A DNA stretch of 63,883 bases, filler included, from Choristocarpus tenellus KU-1152 (lineage: Eukaryota; Protista; Phaeophyceae), in the NCBI GenBank assembly GCA_964200185.2. It is 11 parts of 11 records of this genome, joined end to end, with 100 filler letters (N's around TTAATTAATTAA, not from the genome) between each part and the next. Parts side by side here need not be neighbours in the genome. Positions count along the whole stretch, not along the records: positions 29,616 to 41,003 come from CAXNAD020002344.1; positions 41,104 to 53,145 come from CAXNAD020002013.1; 9 more parts are not named here. The stretch is one strand, 5' to 3'. A program made the translations under genes and the position numbers. The notes below the pieces were generated by a model. The model did not search any database and was not told the DNA's origin. It was given only the letters and a program-made list of their open reading frames with translations. How positions within the stretch are numbered: position 1 is the stretch's first letter; every line of letters starts with the position of its first letter. Positions 37,109-51,566 of the stretch are shown piece by piece.

Positions 37109-39331
37109 ATATATAGTAGTGAAAATGATAACTCAGTCTACCTTCAATTCAATGCCTCCAACCTCAAGAAGAGGGGTATTGTTACAGGCAAATAGCGCGA
37201 GCATTTCTTCTTGTGTTCCAACAAAGTGCGAGCGTTTGTTACACACGAAAAGCAAGAGCATTTCTTCTCATGTTTTAGCAAACACGAACATTTGTGACAA
37301 ACGTATAGTGCAAGGATTGTTTCTCGTGTTCTAACAAGTGCGAACAATATACGATATTAGTAACACATAGGTAGCCTTACAGATTAAATGTTTTCATAGA
37401 AGATACAGAGTAAGATTCGGAATGCATACGTAGCATTACAGAAGAAAATGTCAAAGTCCCTAAGAAGTTGCAGAATAAAGGTCTATGATTGGAGTACGTG
37501 TAGAGCAGTTGCATAGAAGACAAAAGAAATTGGGTAGATGATGAAAATAATAAGAGGGCTTTTGGTGAAACACCTTTACCCTTTATACCTACTAGTCTTA
37601 TCTTTATCTTGAATGAAACTTTGAGTCGAGCTTTGAGCTAAGCACTGAGTGGGATATCAAGAGAGAAGGACACCTGACACCCTACAAACTGTTATCAAGG
37701 GCAACGCCCCCATAGCGTCGTTTTAAGGTTGTTGGATTGGAGTTGAATATCCTGTGGAGGTGAGTTTTGAGGGGCATGCTGTAACATGGACGTCCTACCA
37801 CCTCTCTTCAAACTGGAGAGAATATTACATATTCACCTCAACACTCTGGATTCTTTGTAGCTTCCTACGTCCGCCTGGATTCTTTCTTTTCCCACTTGGG
37901 TTTGTGATCTTCATGCGGCATCGCGGGGTTTTTCGTCTTGGCCTCGTCGTCTCCGCGGGTGTGATGGCATCTGTGGCCCCGAGGGAACCATCATCCTTCA
38001 TTGTTGTAAAACGAGTGGTCTCTGACCGCCGCATCATCCACTTATAGTCGTAAACGAGTGGTTTTTGACCGCCATGGTATAGACGTTGCCTAGGTAGTTC
38101 TTCCTCGCCATTCGTACACTCACATTCCCGATCTGATTTTCATGGATCACACTGTTCTTTTATTTCACAGGTTCCGCTGGGAATCAATCATTCGGAGATG
38201 TTCCTGCCCAAGGCCAGACTTTGCGAGAAATCTTGCAGCAGTCGTGACGGTTCAACGTGTTTATTGCGTCCACGCATCAATAACTTCATCCCTTTTCCAC
38301 ATCGAGCTCCTCGAAACTCTTGTCTGAGTTTCTTAGGACACACAGCAGTCCTTTCAGGTGCTTCGTCTGCAATCAACGTCCCACGCATCAAAGGACAGCT
38401 CTTATAGGTCCGTTGAGACGACATTACGGCAACTGAGTGGTTCATATTTCGGTGAGAGAATCCACCCTTTTTGGATGGCCAGCCGAAAATCGTGGTAAAG
38501 GTTGCCATGTGTTTTTGTTTTTTTAAGAAGGAGAAAGGTGTGACGTGGAAGGCTGCGACCATAGCCTAGTTTTCCACTATCGAGCGTATACGGTAGACTT
38601 GCGGATGCCTCATATATGTAAAGCTCGTTTGGGGGGGGATATATAGGTGAAGATCAACTCATTGATTTGTACCAACGAGCCCAACTCTCCTACCCAAAGT
38701 CCTACCCATATCAAATTATCCTCTGTTCTCTAATATATTATATATTGTATTTTTTCTTTACAGATTAGAAGCCAAGTTCACCCACTATGATTCTCGCAGA
38801 GTAATCCTTTGGGGAACGAGATCGTAAACCGTCGAATTAAACCATAACGGAATATGGATGATCTCATAAAGGAGTCATCCAATCGAAGCGACCGATTTAT
38901 CCCGGCAAATCAAAATGCTGCAAAACCTGCGTTGTACAAGGAGGAGACTTACATTGATTTGGGTAGATGGTAGATGCGCTTGTTTGCCAGCATGTCACAC
39001 CCTTGCGCTGCCTCAGTCGAAACCCTGATCGTCAGGCAGAAACAGGGACTATATCGCCACAATAGGACTTCCATGCACAAATAGGTATCAAGCCAAACCT
39101 CACTTTTATACAGAGAGGTTGTCAACCGTGTACAGGCAGCCCTTGCACCGATGCTTCAACCTGTTATAACCCAGAACTCCTCGCCCGCTGTCTGTGCAGC
39201 CTTAAATACCGAACCTTCTTCCGTTCCCAGCAAACACAGTACCTCGTTCGTTCCCAAAAAGCAAGGCATCAAAAACCGTTCGACCAGTCACATCCGACCC
39301 CCAGTCTGTGCTTTGATCCCCACTTGCTCTA

Positions 39332-39612
39332 TGTTGAAACACTAGTAAACCCCTGAGCTACCGAGCAGATAGTCGCATATCGCAAGTTGTTAGACTTGTT
39401 GAGGTTTCGCCCGAGGGTTGCTATCCCTCTAATCAGTGACCAGCTTCGGCGGGGTTGTGTATCCTGGCGGCTTGTTTTAGCCTCTTGACGGATGTGTAAC
39501 CATGTAACAATGCCAGGATTCGACCCCATGACAGTAGCGTTGGTTAGAACATTAGTAAACCCCTGAGCTACTGAGCAGAAAGTCAGCTCAGGGGTTTACT
39601 AGTGTTTCAACA
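39332..39612. mobile_element. 281-bp TG...CA element with 28-bp perfect TIR and 5-bp TSD
   Basis: TIR TGTTGAAACACTAGTAAACCCCTGAGCT; TSD CTCTA on both sides. Confidence 0.88.
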
Positions 39613-40087
39613 CTCTACCCATTGACAAGGAGATCAATAGAAGTCGGCACGATTCGGGCAAAGGCTTACCTCCGTCATCTGCCCCCCAGGACGACGACAT
39701 CAATTCATGGCTAAAGGCACACCAAGTATGCTTTCATCATACCTGTAGTCAAGACTGCTTCACGTCCATAACTGACGAGTGCAGGTATATATAAAACGAC
39801 TCGTTAGTTCCCAGGGGAATCCTCCCATACCTTTCAGGAACCCACAGAGGACCTCTGGGTACTCAATTCACTGCAGAGTCTCGTTCGATGGTAGCCTTAA
39901 AAGATACACATCTCCAGTACGTAGCAGCGATGCAAGACTCGAAACTTCCTCGACTATTCGCGGGAAGCCCAACCGATTCGGACACTGCAGAGTCGTCTTG
40001 AAGTTACATCATGGAGTCTGAGTTTCCAGTCATGTCGTTCCAACTATAGACATTTAGACTTTCGTTTCCACCTCGATAATATTCACC

Positions 40088-40480
40088 ATGACACCGGCCT
40101 ATGGTACTACTCAAGTATCGACATATGTCCTGCTATGTCACCCACACAGAGTCCACTCGAGAATGGTTGCCCAGGTACTCCTTGACACAGGTGCAGGTCT
40201 CATCTATTTTTGTGAAAATTGCTTACCACAGCTCAACATGGCAGGCAAAGGTACCTTATATGCTGCAAACCCCAGAGGGTACAATATTCCACCAATGCTA
40301 GTATTGAGGTCATGCAAACTTCCAATAGCGTTTTCCCCAGAGGAAAAAGTGCGCAATATGGGTTGTAGGATAATGGTGGGGCTGCCTTACGAAATAATTT
40401 TATGAGCAACACTTTGTAGACAACACTAGAGGGAACTGTCATTTATAGAGGGTCAATGCTCCCAACCATCGCCACTGTCA
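40088..40480 (+). mobile_element. Gypsy-like aspartic protease remnant
   Basis: VLLDTGAG active-site motif and distal LPYEIIL. Confidence 0.6.
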
Positions 40481-40963
40481 CCATGGGTGCATTTTGTCAA
40501 GATTCAAACACTCAGATCGAGCAGTAACAATGTACCCTTGTCAGACCTTAGCAAATGGCATTGTAATACAAAGGAAAGTTCTAAGATGGATAGTTGTCAG
40601 ACTAAGTAGTAACAAGACAGAAATGAACAGCTTTACCTTACTATTCAGTTGGATATTTATCATGCCTCCTTCTAGGACCTTCACAACCATAACACAAGAC
40701 CATGCCCCACTAATGTTCCCACCCAAGAACAGCTCTTGCCTCGATAGGATGTGTTACATCTCTTCCCTATTGGTACTAATGTCAAACATTGTGGAAGGAT
40801 GAAAGCTGAAGAGACCGTAGGACAGGGTCCAGTTTTTGACTTCAAGTCACCCCACTGGAGGGTATGGTTGAAGGATGGAGGTAAGGAGGAATTCAGCAGA
40901 AGAGAGATGAGTGCCTCCTCCAGAAAACCTCCCAGCAGGTAGCAACTGTATGCCTCAAGGACA

Positions 40964-41003
40964 GGCACAAAGTATCTGGGAGGGGGTGGCTGCTGTCCAT
41001 TTG
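40964..41003. mobile_element. MITE family B left end (contig edge)
   Basis: GGCACAAAGTATCTGGGAGGGGG...GTCCATTTG. Confidence 0.8.
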
Positions 41004-41103
41004 NNNNNNNNNNNNNNNNNNNNNNNNNNNNNNNNNNNNNNNNNNNNTTAATTAATTAANNNNNNNNNNNNNNNNNNNNNNNNNNNNNNNNNNNNNNNNN
41101 NNN

Positions 41104-41381
41104 GTGTAGAAGCGGAGGTGGGCAATGCTTCCCTCGATCCCCCCACGGATACGATCCAAACGAGTGACGCCATCAGGGACTTTCCCCACATACAACGGGT
41201 GTTTGCTGGACCGCACCACACCTGTACTGGTGCGCTGGGAGTCCAAAGCCCCATTAAAGTACAGACGAAGTTTGTTTTGCTCGCTGACAAGACCTACATG
41301 TGTCCACTTGTGAAGTGGTACAGCCTCCTTTGAGACAAGCCGCTCAAAGATGTTTCCCATGGTAGCAACACAGAAGTTCAC
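41104..41381 (-). CDS. RCC1/LamG giant protein, exon (LamG/concanavalin-like domain; truncated by contig end)
   Basis: KWTHVGLV...LRLYFNGALD...PLYVG...GSIAHLRFY LamG-like motifs. Confidence 0.85.
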
Positions 41382-42690
41382 CTGGTATACGGCAGACGCG
41401 CGAAATCAGAGCCTAAGATCCCCATTGTTCAGCATAACAATCCATGTATGACATTGAATTAAGCGATTATGCTCTTGACAATTACAAAATTGCGGATTTT
41501 CCTTTTCATGTTGCTTTTTGAGGTGATGAGATGTCATACTGTACCTTAGTGTTGGTCTATGCATGCCCACCTCTTACGAGTCTCGAGTAGATGTGCTGGC
41601 AAGAGAAATCTTCCAAGCACTGTTAATAGTCTTATGTTGCACGAATTGAAGAACAAACAGCAAGGCTTAACAACGCGGTGGCAAATGGGCTACTGTGATA
41701 TCGACCATGTTCACAGCAGCCTTCTGTGCCCTTCCCCCCTTGTCTGTAGTGAGGGGATACTGCATGAACTGTACTAAACCAAGAGGTGTGCCTTGATACT
41801 TTAATTAATATAGTGCTTTGAAGTGTAGTAGCAATAGCAACATGAGTAAGATATCCACACACATACCATATATTGGCATGGAGAAGATACGCCTTAAGAT
41901 GAACTATCCGTGACCAAAAACCTAATATCCTTTCTTGACTTTTTTGTTGGCACACTTTACTGTAGAAGGTCCTGATGCACCAGTCTAAAAGAATATCTTC
42001 ATTAAAAAAAATAGTCCAGAATATTGTGCAGACAACTTGGTGCACAGAACTATCTGTGAACGGCTTCGGCTGAGGTTACTTATTGATTTATGTGACTTGG
42101 ATACAATAGTCTCTTGCAGTTGTCAAGCACTTTTGTCGATCTTTGGACTCCAAAACTTGAGTTCAACTTTCAACAGTAGTGGATAAGCATGAAAACCACG
42201 AGCAGGCTGTGATTTTTTTTCAAGTCTGAGCTTCAAGGTGCGATCAACAAGTCAGGGTATTAGATGTACATCTCACATACAGTGGCATGAAAGGTACATA
42301 TACTGTGAGTGAAAAGGGAATGATTTATTTGCAGCGTTGTTGACGCACTCTTCAAATGACATCTATCTGTAGAGCTAGCTCCATGTGCAGTTTGGGTGTA
42401 CGACAGGAAGATCATTAAAACTTGACCTCAAAGATTCTCAGATTGATATTCCAGAGCACTCTGCAAATCAGATATAGAAATATGGGGTGAATGTTCACAA
42501 TGTGCTATCTACTACTGAGGAGTCCTGCGTTTGTAGTTGTTGCAAAACACATCAAATGATCCCTGCCTCTCTCTACGAAAATAGTGCCTTGTAAAGGAGG
42601 TAATCACTCCCACTTGCATGTGTATTGAGAACCGATGAACTATATACATGTAATAATAGTAGCATTCGAGAGCAGCACCTGCTTTCTCAC

Positions 42691-44391
42691 CTCAAGGCGG
42701 TTGTCAGTATCACGAACAACTAGCAGCGGCCAGCATTCACTCTTATGTCCACGTGCCAAGATGGCGCGATGATGGCCAGTGAAGTCTTGTGTGAGCAGCA
42801 GCCACAAAGTGATTGAAAAATCACACCCCTTTGGATTGTTTAGCAGCTGCTCTGCAGGAAACATTAGCCCGTCCTCCATGTGCATAAGCTGCCGAGGACT
42901 GCGAATAAGCTCCTGGCAGCGCCGCTTGTGCATAGACATGCCTCCAAGAAACATCCCTCCTGAAGTAGCAAGATTGCCTTGTTCCAGGGGAGAGGACTTA
43001 ATCTTCACTCTGGGGGTGACAAACTCCAGGATGGACTGCTCTCCTGATTGTGAAGCTTGTGAAGTAGTCACGGCTAATTCAGATGGCGGCCTCTCTGTAG
43101 GCTGCTGTGACAAGCCTTGGTGGCAACCAGCAAGCAACCTATCCTGAGCTTCCAGAACAGGCTTCATGAATTCTTGGTGAAGCACATTGAAAATGTTGCT
43201 CAATTGAAGCCCTACCTGTGTCTGACTGCAAGGAGTCCCTCTTTCATGCAGCGATGTAACCCTTGAGAGCTGCAATGTCAACAGGCGCATCAGAGTTTGT
43301 ACTGCCGTGTGACACACGGTTATTACTCTTTCCACCTCCTTAGGTACAAGAACCAAGGATTGACCTTTGGCAGTCGTATTCACAGTGGTATTGCTGCAGT
43401 CAACTCGACCATGGCCTACTGCTACTCTTTCTGCATTGGGACTATGGATGGCCAGCTTTGCAGCTACAGATGAAAATACATCGAGTGCACCAATCCTTTC
43501 AATGAATCCCCAGTCTTCTTGACGAACGATGAGTCCCCAGGAATTCAGTATGAGGAGGATTGCATGACCATCGAAGCAACAGGGATATTTCGGCACTCCG
43601 TTTGCCAGGGCACCTCTTGTGCGGGCCCCTCCTTTCACTTTCTCACCTGAGGCTGTCAAACTTCCCTCCTCTAGGCCTAGACACGCCCTATGTAGTCTAT
43701 TTAATAGCTGAGTTTGCAACTCCTGGAAGCTACGGATGACGCCCACTATGGTTGTGTTGCCTACACCCTCCAGGTGTGTGAGGTGGTGACCCTTGATCAG
43801 AAATGGGGTACGAAGAGCTGAGGGCAGTGTGACAAGAACATCTGTCAAGATGGACTGTGTTTCTAGTGTATTGATAATTGTGCACAAGGCCCGGAAGCCT
43901 GAGGTTCGGGATATTGCCCGCTGGTGGTTGTCAAGCACCATCACAAGAAGGACAAGTATGCATCCTGGTGGTTCCTTATGGCGTGGGACTTGATCATAAT
44001 CCGTAGCTGTTGATGTTGGAAACAGGTCAGACTGCACTCCCAACACATTCTGCGCAAGGTTGGCTCTTCTCTCTACCATTTCCTTGACGAGATGAGCTAC
44101 CTTTTTGCACATCGATGCTGGCCCAAGTGAATGGCTCAGTGCTTGCCAGTGTACAATGGTGCGTACCAACATAAGTCCCTTGCGCCACCTACAACGAGCT
44201 GCCATGGAATTTGCAGCCGATTGTTGAGGTCTGGTCAGAAGTGCAGGGGCTGTGAATACACTTCTTGCAGTTTTCATCAATAACAGAGCCATACCACAAT
44301 CAGCTGCCTCTCTGAGCATTATGTCTATCTCGTTTTGACTGGCATCAGCAGACCGAAGTTTGCTCCTGAAGAACCACAACCAATGTGTTAT
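42691..44391 (-). CDS. RCC1/LamG giant protein, exon
   Basis: 1701 nt, phase 0-0; ends in DFSITLWL, the start of the LamG domain. Confidence 0.85.
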
Positions 44392-44464
44392 CTGTCACAC
44401 AAGTAGGACATAGGGAGCAATCAGCTGCTTGATATAGAGCATACAATCTTTCGTATTGCGCAAA

Positions 44465-44727
44465 GAGTAAAAGTATCTCAGAGGGTAGGAGTTTTGTCCT
44501 GTTTGTCCATTTGGGGCATGGATTCCCACGTTTTTTTAATGTCATTTTACCTACTCTGAAATGTTTTGGAGTAGGTAAAATGTGCATGTTATGAAAAGGT
44601 GTGTCTGGAACAAGGATATTGACACTTCCTAACAAACATGATAGTCAAAATTACATCAAAATTGCAACAATGGATTTTGGCCCCCAAATGGACGCGACTC
44701 TACCCTAACCCTAAGATGCTTTGACTA
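44465..44727. mobile_element. MITE family A (intronic)
   Basis: Family TIRs; TSD CAAA. Confidence 0.92.
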
Positions 44728-45826
44728 CAAATAGTCATATGGACTTAACCATTGGACAGAGGTTTTTATGGTGGTGACTACATTACACCATTCCATTGTC
44801 TTGACCACACACCTTTGCCAAGGTGCCCACAACTGTATCAACTATGTTGGGAGTGCTGAAGTACTTGGAGAGGAGTGACTCATGGTACTACTGAATGTGG
44901 CAAGGGATGGTTCAAACTGTAGCAGCAATGCTGAAATGAAAATATTGTTTTTTTTTCTGATAACTCTGCCAATTGGTTTCTTTTCTTCTCAATTGGTCCT
45001 AACCCTGTGATTTCTATCAAGTATATCAATTTGACCAAAAGCGGAAAGGCCTTACTCCATCAGACAAACTCCGAGGAGGCGCTTCCTTGTTGGGTGCTGA
45101 TCCTGGCAATCTTGGACCAACGATAGCTCCTACTTGAAGTACATTCGCTACAGTACTTTTGTAAAGGACAAGTCTCAGTGAGGTTACGAGATACATCTGT
45201 CTTGATCTTTTGCTGCTCAGAAACTCCCACACTCAAGTGATCACTCGCAGTAGTTGACAAAGGTTCAAAATTTGCACTGTATGGTGTCACTAATATGTTC
45301 TAATTTGTATTGATACAGTGGTAGGAGAGCATGCCCATACAATTCAAGATGATGCTATAAATGAAGATTTGACAAAGCTGTTGTAGGTGCCATCTCTAGG
45401 ATCTATGAGATCTATTGCAGAGGCTTGCATCTAAGATGCCAGGAAATGATTGTTATGTATAACCAGGAACCCTCAGGATGCGTGTGTGCTCACTGACATA
45501 ATTCATATCTACGACTTTAGTTGTGGATCAGAAAGGGTGCACAGTGGGAAGACCATTGTGTTTAGTGCTAAACCCTCACAAAACTTATTTATTGAAGTAT
45601 CAGCTCAAGTTGAGTACTTTTTTCTACTCAACTTATTTATTGAAGTATCAGCCATTCGATTTCCTTCTTTTTCATTTTCCTTGGGAGTAGTGCACAGTCT
45701 CACTGCCTCTGTGGTTGTGCACCTCATGATCTATCCCCTCAAATACCACATCCACAATGGATACATGACCTATGGTAACTCCATCGAGTTCTTACTACGA
45801 ATTCAGGACATTTAGTAAAGTCTTAC

Positions 45827-46621
45827 CTGTGCAACAACCGTCCACAGATCCATGAAGTGAGAGGGAACTCTCAAGTTTGAGACTGTGCTCTCCGATTCCC
45901 CCCCACACCCCTTGGATCTTGCTGCGAACAAAAGGGCTGCAGCTTCACATCCTTGGTGCTTAAGCAAAGCTGCCAGCAACCCACGCTCTACATTCTCGAG
46001 CATTGTTCCATCTGTGCCTGCCAAAGCCTGTGCCTTGATTGCCCTGTAGGCAGTGTTGGAACGAGAATACACATCGTGTATCCTCCTGGCAAACCACCCT
46101 CCAAGGCCTTCTCCTTGTACAAGTCCGCTGAGAAATTCACTCTGCTTGTTCTGGCAGAGGAAGCTATGGAGGTACCCTCCCTCTGCAGTTGAGACCCTTG
46201 CAGTGCTGGAGAAGAGAGTGCAGCAAGGAGTGCCAGACGTGCTTGTGGCAGTCTCCAAGGAATGATCGAGACTTGTGTCCTGTTCATTGGTGTCTGCGTC
46301 ATCAATGGTTGTGAGTATCAGGCCCTGATATTGAGGATCAAACCCGCTTGCAAAGAGATCACACATGAGCCACTGTGAATAAGAAGGCGACCTAAAGTAC
46401 AACTCCAAGTAGGGTGATATCCCGCAGTCACCCACAACAAGGGTAGATGCAAGTCGACCCGCCAAGAGAGCAACGGTTTTTGCAAGACAAAGTAGCCATG
46501 GCAAGTTTTGACCTTCGGTGAGTGAAGTGCAGGGTGGATCTCTGCTACTCCCTTTTCTTTGATCATTGCTGCCACACCCACTACTTCCTAGCTTGCCTGA
46601 CTCTCCCCGCATATAGAGGGC
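45827..46621 (-). CDS. RCC1/LamG giant protein, exon
   Basis: 795 nt, phase 0-0; LPWLLCLAKT, ERGLLAALLKH. Confidence 0.85.
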
Positions 46622-48020
46622 CTGATTTATGTTGAAATTGAGGAGTATTGCTTAGCAGCAGATAGCATGTATGATTGTTCTGGTGCACTGGCTTGGTATC
46701 CTACTTGTGTGTGTGTGTGTGAGTCAATAATCTATGTAGCGAATTTTATTTTTCTATGATGATATTTTTGTTTCTACTTTTGTGTAAGAGTGAGCGGACA
46801 GGATTTGTACCGTTCTTGGTCTCATTCTACAAGGGTGCACAGTCTGCAGCGCCAGACATTGTGTACAGGTATATCACCAAACAATCCTGGCTGCAGTCAT
46901 CACAAGCTAGCTTCTTATATCCGCTTCCTGGGTGATTGGTGATATACATGTGCTCTGAGCCGTTGCCAATGCCCTTTGGGCAGAGAAGTGGACATTTCTA
47001 GGGCTTAGTGCCGGAGGTGTTTCAATTCAGACGCTCCCTGCAAAATAACAGTACTATTTGTTATGTGAAGTAAATGACCCATTGACAAGCTGGTGAGAGG
47101 AGACTAAATACACATAAATACATTGGATTTATGGTTATTGGTGTGATATGTTGAAACCTTGGACAATAGCGTCCCACTACAGACAACCCAGCTAGGCCAG
47201 TGTCCAAAATCTTACTCATTTTTTTCAAAGGCATGTTATACTCTACCTATTTGTCTTACCTAACTGGGTAGTCCTACATGTCAATTCTTAGAGAGAAACT
47301 CTTCGCTCGTATTACCGTAAAAAACGGAACAGATGTCGTCAAATATTGAAAAAGACACACTGTGTAGTGACTGTATTATGCCCCCATGTGAGAACTCAAC
47401 ACAAGCTATCATATTTTGAAGTAACACATTGTGTGATTCGTGACTAACTCATAAGAAAGCAAGTGAATGGTGGACTCTGGTGCCTTCAGGCATTAGTGGC
47501 CCGAAACCATTGCTCAAGGTTGTTCATAAAGTTGCATCTCTGTGTTAGTGTAGTGTCTACATGGTGTTGCAAGGTCATTCAACCTACCCCTTTTCTCAAA
47601 ATGAATTGGTGAATCTCTCCGATTCGCACTGTTCTATGTGCATGTTTTATACTTATCAATGGTGCACTAAAGTAGTGTATGTATCTTACTTCTATACTCT
47701 GGGAATGTTCAGTTTAGACCTTGGCCTCGATTTTTTGGTTCCTGACTGGGCCCCTCAACACTCAGGAGGCTTATTTTCTCGGCAGCTATGCTACTCACTG
47801 GCAGTGCGTACCATGTATGATAACCCAGAGGATCAATTACCACTAACTGGGAAGAGCTGGACTGATTATGATTGGAAATTGCAGGTCCTCTCGGTTCCTG
47901 ATTATAAACCCATTTTCGGTTTTTAAGACTACTGAAATAAGAGTCTGCATGGCATCACCATGCCGATGAAGCGCTTTTAATATCTAAGACTACTGACTAG
48001 TGTTGAGAAACTGCACTCAC

Positions 48021-48809
48021 CTGAGATCGTTGTTTTGAGGCTTGAGTGACTCCATTGCGGAATTCCACATACTGGTTGTCAGCATTCTGTAGGCTTGGGC
48101 ATCTGTAGCACATCTTATCAAGAAGCTTCACAGTTGACATTACCACAGGAAGTAGTCGGCGTCCAAACACCGGCAAGCGAGCAAATGGGAGCAAACCATT
48201 GACCAAGGCCGGGAGAAGTGCCCCAACTAGAGTTCTTTGAAGCTCCTCCATGCAATGAGTGCCTGCACTCCCAGCACTATCCTCCCACTCAACTTCAGCA
48301 CTAGCAGCCTCAAGTATGACAATACTGTGCTTGAAGACAAGCCGTGCATGCTCGATCAGACATCGCCATGAGGAGGGAGTACGGTCTACACCATCTAGAA
48401 GAACTGCCGCTGCTTGGTCGCACAGACCCTTGGCCTGAGAATCCAATGTTCTTGGTGAGTTGGCACGGAGGCACCCTGAGCTTATCCCACAGCCATTCCC
48501 AGTGCCGCCTCCTCTCAGAACACGGTTGTTCCACAAGACTGGATCAACCTCCACGTGGTCGCTGGCTGCCCAATGCATCATGTGCTTTTCAAGAGCGAGA
48601 ATGACATCAATGAATAGTTGCTGTGTACGGTGTGTCTTCCTTGTGTCCCATGTCCTATGTAGTGTCTCATTCAAGCTAGATTCCCTACTATCTCCATGGG
48701 CGATTCCATGAGTTGATGTTGTGCTCTCAACTTCCTCACCCTGGGCAGAATTCAAGTCGTTTCTGGACAGGGGCTTGAACATGGCGATCTGGTCGACCAA
48801 AAGCTTGAC
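48021..48809 (-). CDS. RCC1/LamG giant protein, exon
   Basis: 789 nt, phase 0-0, aag acceptor and gtgagt donor. Confidence 0.8.
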
Positions 48810-49137
48810 CTTGATTGAGAGTTAGGTCAATTTATTCGTTAAATCATCGCCACATATTTGTTTCAGGTTATTCAAGTACGTACTTTAAAAATGAAAAGAT
48901 GAAAGGAAGGGGATTATGGTGGAGAGGCAGAAGTAGGCTGTTGACATTAATCCTACAACATATATTTTTTTGAACAGCTGATGTGACTTTTGTTGTCTAT
49001 AATTTAAGAGGTTAACATTCTACTTTACCTATATGTAGTTTTTAACTTCCGTATTGGATGGGTGCCAGGCCCTGGAAAAGAGACAGTACCGATGTTGATT
49101 TGGCATTATTTTATTATGCTTAGAAGCTCAATATTAC

Positions 49138-50535
49138 CTGCATGTCAAGAACCCGAGCAGAGGCGGCAGCCATATTATGTCTTTTCAGGGCAGGGTTGGA
49201 TGTCTTCACTCTTGTGCACACAGAGTATCCTTCTCCCTCGGTCCTGTAAGGTATCAGCTTTGATGCCAACTCATCATCACAGAGTCGCTCTAGCAGAGGA
49301 TTCAAAATGTACCTTCGAGCAGCAGCATGACCTAAGACCACTCTGTCATTGCTGTTGCTCTCACCATCATCAGACCAGCGCCTGACAACCTCTTCAGGCT
49401 CAGCTGTTGTATGAAGCAACTTGGATAGCAGCTGGCATTGCTTGACTTGACTGGGATAAAACACCTCAAGGCCTAGGATGAGTACCAATGCTGCTTCCTC
49501 CTGGATAGGCTCAGTATCCTTACTCCATGGTGGAGATTGGATAAGCCTGAGCAAGCAGTGCTGGAGTTTGCAAAGGGCATCACGGTAACGACCGACTTCT
49601 CCACAGCCATATTTTTCAACCGTTCTCTTATTGCCATCCTCGGATTTCAGTCTATTCATCATTTCGCCATCCTTGATGTCGACCTGGCTGCACCTTGGTA
49701 GATCTAAAAGAACTGAATCCATCCCTGACATACCCTCAACACTCCCCTCCAATTGAACCTCATTAGCGTCAAGGTGAAGGTTCATGCTGAGTGCTATCAT
49801 GTCTTGTTGAATGCTAGAGCTAACAGGGGCCTGGAGGAGTTGCGCTAGGTTGGCCTTGAGGATACGCAGGCTAGCAAGGAGGAGAAATGGACGAAATGAG
49901 GCTATGCCTTGGTCTTCATCATTGTCTGATGGTTCAAAGAGGGTATGCTCAGCATTTTGGCAGAAAAAAGAGAGGAAAGATTCCAACAACTCAAACGTTT
50001 CTGGACAAAGGTCAATACTGTAGGAATGTTGAACCTGCGAGCTGCTATGAGCATCCCTTCCCTCTCTTCCTTTTGACTTGTCGCTTGACTTTTCGCCAAC
50101 CTTTCCCTGTGACCTCTCCCTGTCCAACATTCCAGTCTCAGCCTGTGTCAAGGGTAAAGAGGTACTACCTTGCTGGATGAAAGCTTCAGCAAGCCGATCC
50201 ATGTGGGCCATGATGATTACTGCAGCCTTTTCTGCAACCACTAACCCATCATTAAGACAGAGGCCTCCATCCTGGTCCCCTTTGAATCCAAAGATGGATT
50301 CCACGGCAAGACCTGACTGGACAGTGGATCTTGTTGGGCTATCGACTTCTGGAGTTACAATGTCCTCCCGCGTGATTCCTCGAGCTGCTGTCGCTGAAGT
50401 TGGTAGGGTGAGGGAAGGATGACTGAGGATAGCATCAGGGGAGAGTTTTGGTACCTGAGGATCTGTTCCATACATTTCCAGGTCCTCGTCGGCCCCACCT
50501 GTGAGGACAATGGTATGATAGAACCCTGCAGCGAC
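49138..50535 (-). CDS. RCC1/LamG giant protein, exon
   Basis: Starts VAAGFYHT (end of the last RCC1 repeat); 1398 nt, phase 0-0. Confidence 0.88.
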
Positions 50536-51566
50536 CTGTTGACACAACACATTGAGGGTACATTGGACCAGGTACAGACCAGCAACATGTATGGTCATTC
50601 GAAGTTGACTACACTTGAGAGTATTCTTCTACATATTTCCTGGGGTTGTACTCCTGAATTGGCTTAGTACAGGAATCGTAGGGCTCACCACCTGTCTAGT
50701 GGGTGTTGGAGTATGATACCAATAGTGCTCTGTCCAACTGCGTGTTACATCTTTTCATGCCAAGTCAGGACTGTACTGGGAACTGTGCTGCAGTTGTTTG
50801 ACAGTTACATTGGGGTGGTTGACAATAGTAGAGTGGAGATGACTTGAGTGTTACGCGCTTTGTTGTGGGTGCAAGTTTGCTTGACTGATAGTTAATTCTT
50901 TTGTTTGTTGAGGTCATTTGACCAAGGAAATAGCTCTATTATAGACTGGTTGAGTGAGTGGTGCTGGCCAATTGACCCTCTTCCTTGCAAGGACTTGCTG
51001 GAGGTGAGGGTGTATGAGACCAGCTCTGGGTCTGCTTCACATTTGCTTCAATGGCAGGTCTCATCTTGGGACACATAGGGTTGCCGAAATATGTAATAAT
51101 TCATTATCAGTATAAGTGAAGAATATGTCCTCATGCATTTCAGGCGGTGGCGGCCATGATTCACCCTAATAGAAAAGGCAAGGCCAACGTCTCCTTCTTT
51201 CAATTTTTCTCTTTCTCAATTGCTGGTCAGACTTTAATTTTTGGAAGCAACCGACCAAATCTAATGCTAATCCTCAACTGCAATGGATAAATTATTGCTC
51301 GTATGGCAAGTACTCTGACTGTGTTGATACTGCGATATTTTTGTCTCTACAGTATTTGGCAACAAAAAAACAACGTAGCAAGCAGCTGGTTAAAATAGTC
51401 ACAATAATATGTGTGCTTCCAAAATACATTCCTGATGAAGACAAATAGAAGTTTACACAGCAAAAATCCTACACAAAAAGCTGATGCTTGCCCGATATGC
51501 TCCCAATATGCTGAGGGTATATGGGATGCATGGGTCAAGTTGCTCACCATGATAGCCATCGCTTAC

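Noticed and set aside
44465-44727. MITEs acting as introners
   Set aside because: Copies near genes (44465, 62711, 18976) sit inside larger introns or flanks, and their ends do not coincide with GT/AG splice boundaries.
45026-45232. Extra exon of the RCC1/LamG gene
   Set aside because: The flanking exons already join in frame (VVAQ|ITHWLW) and there is no recognisable motif.
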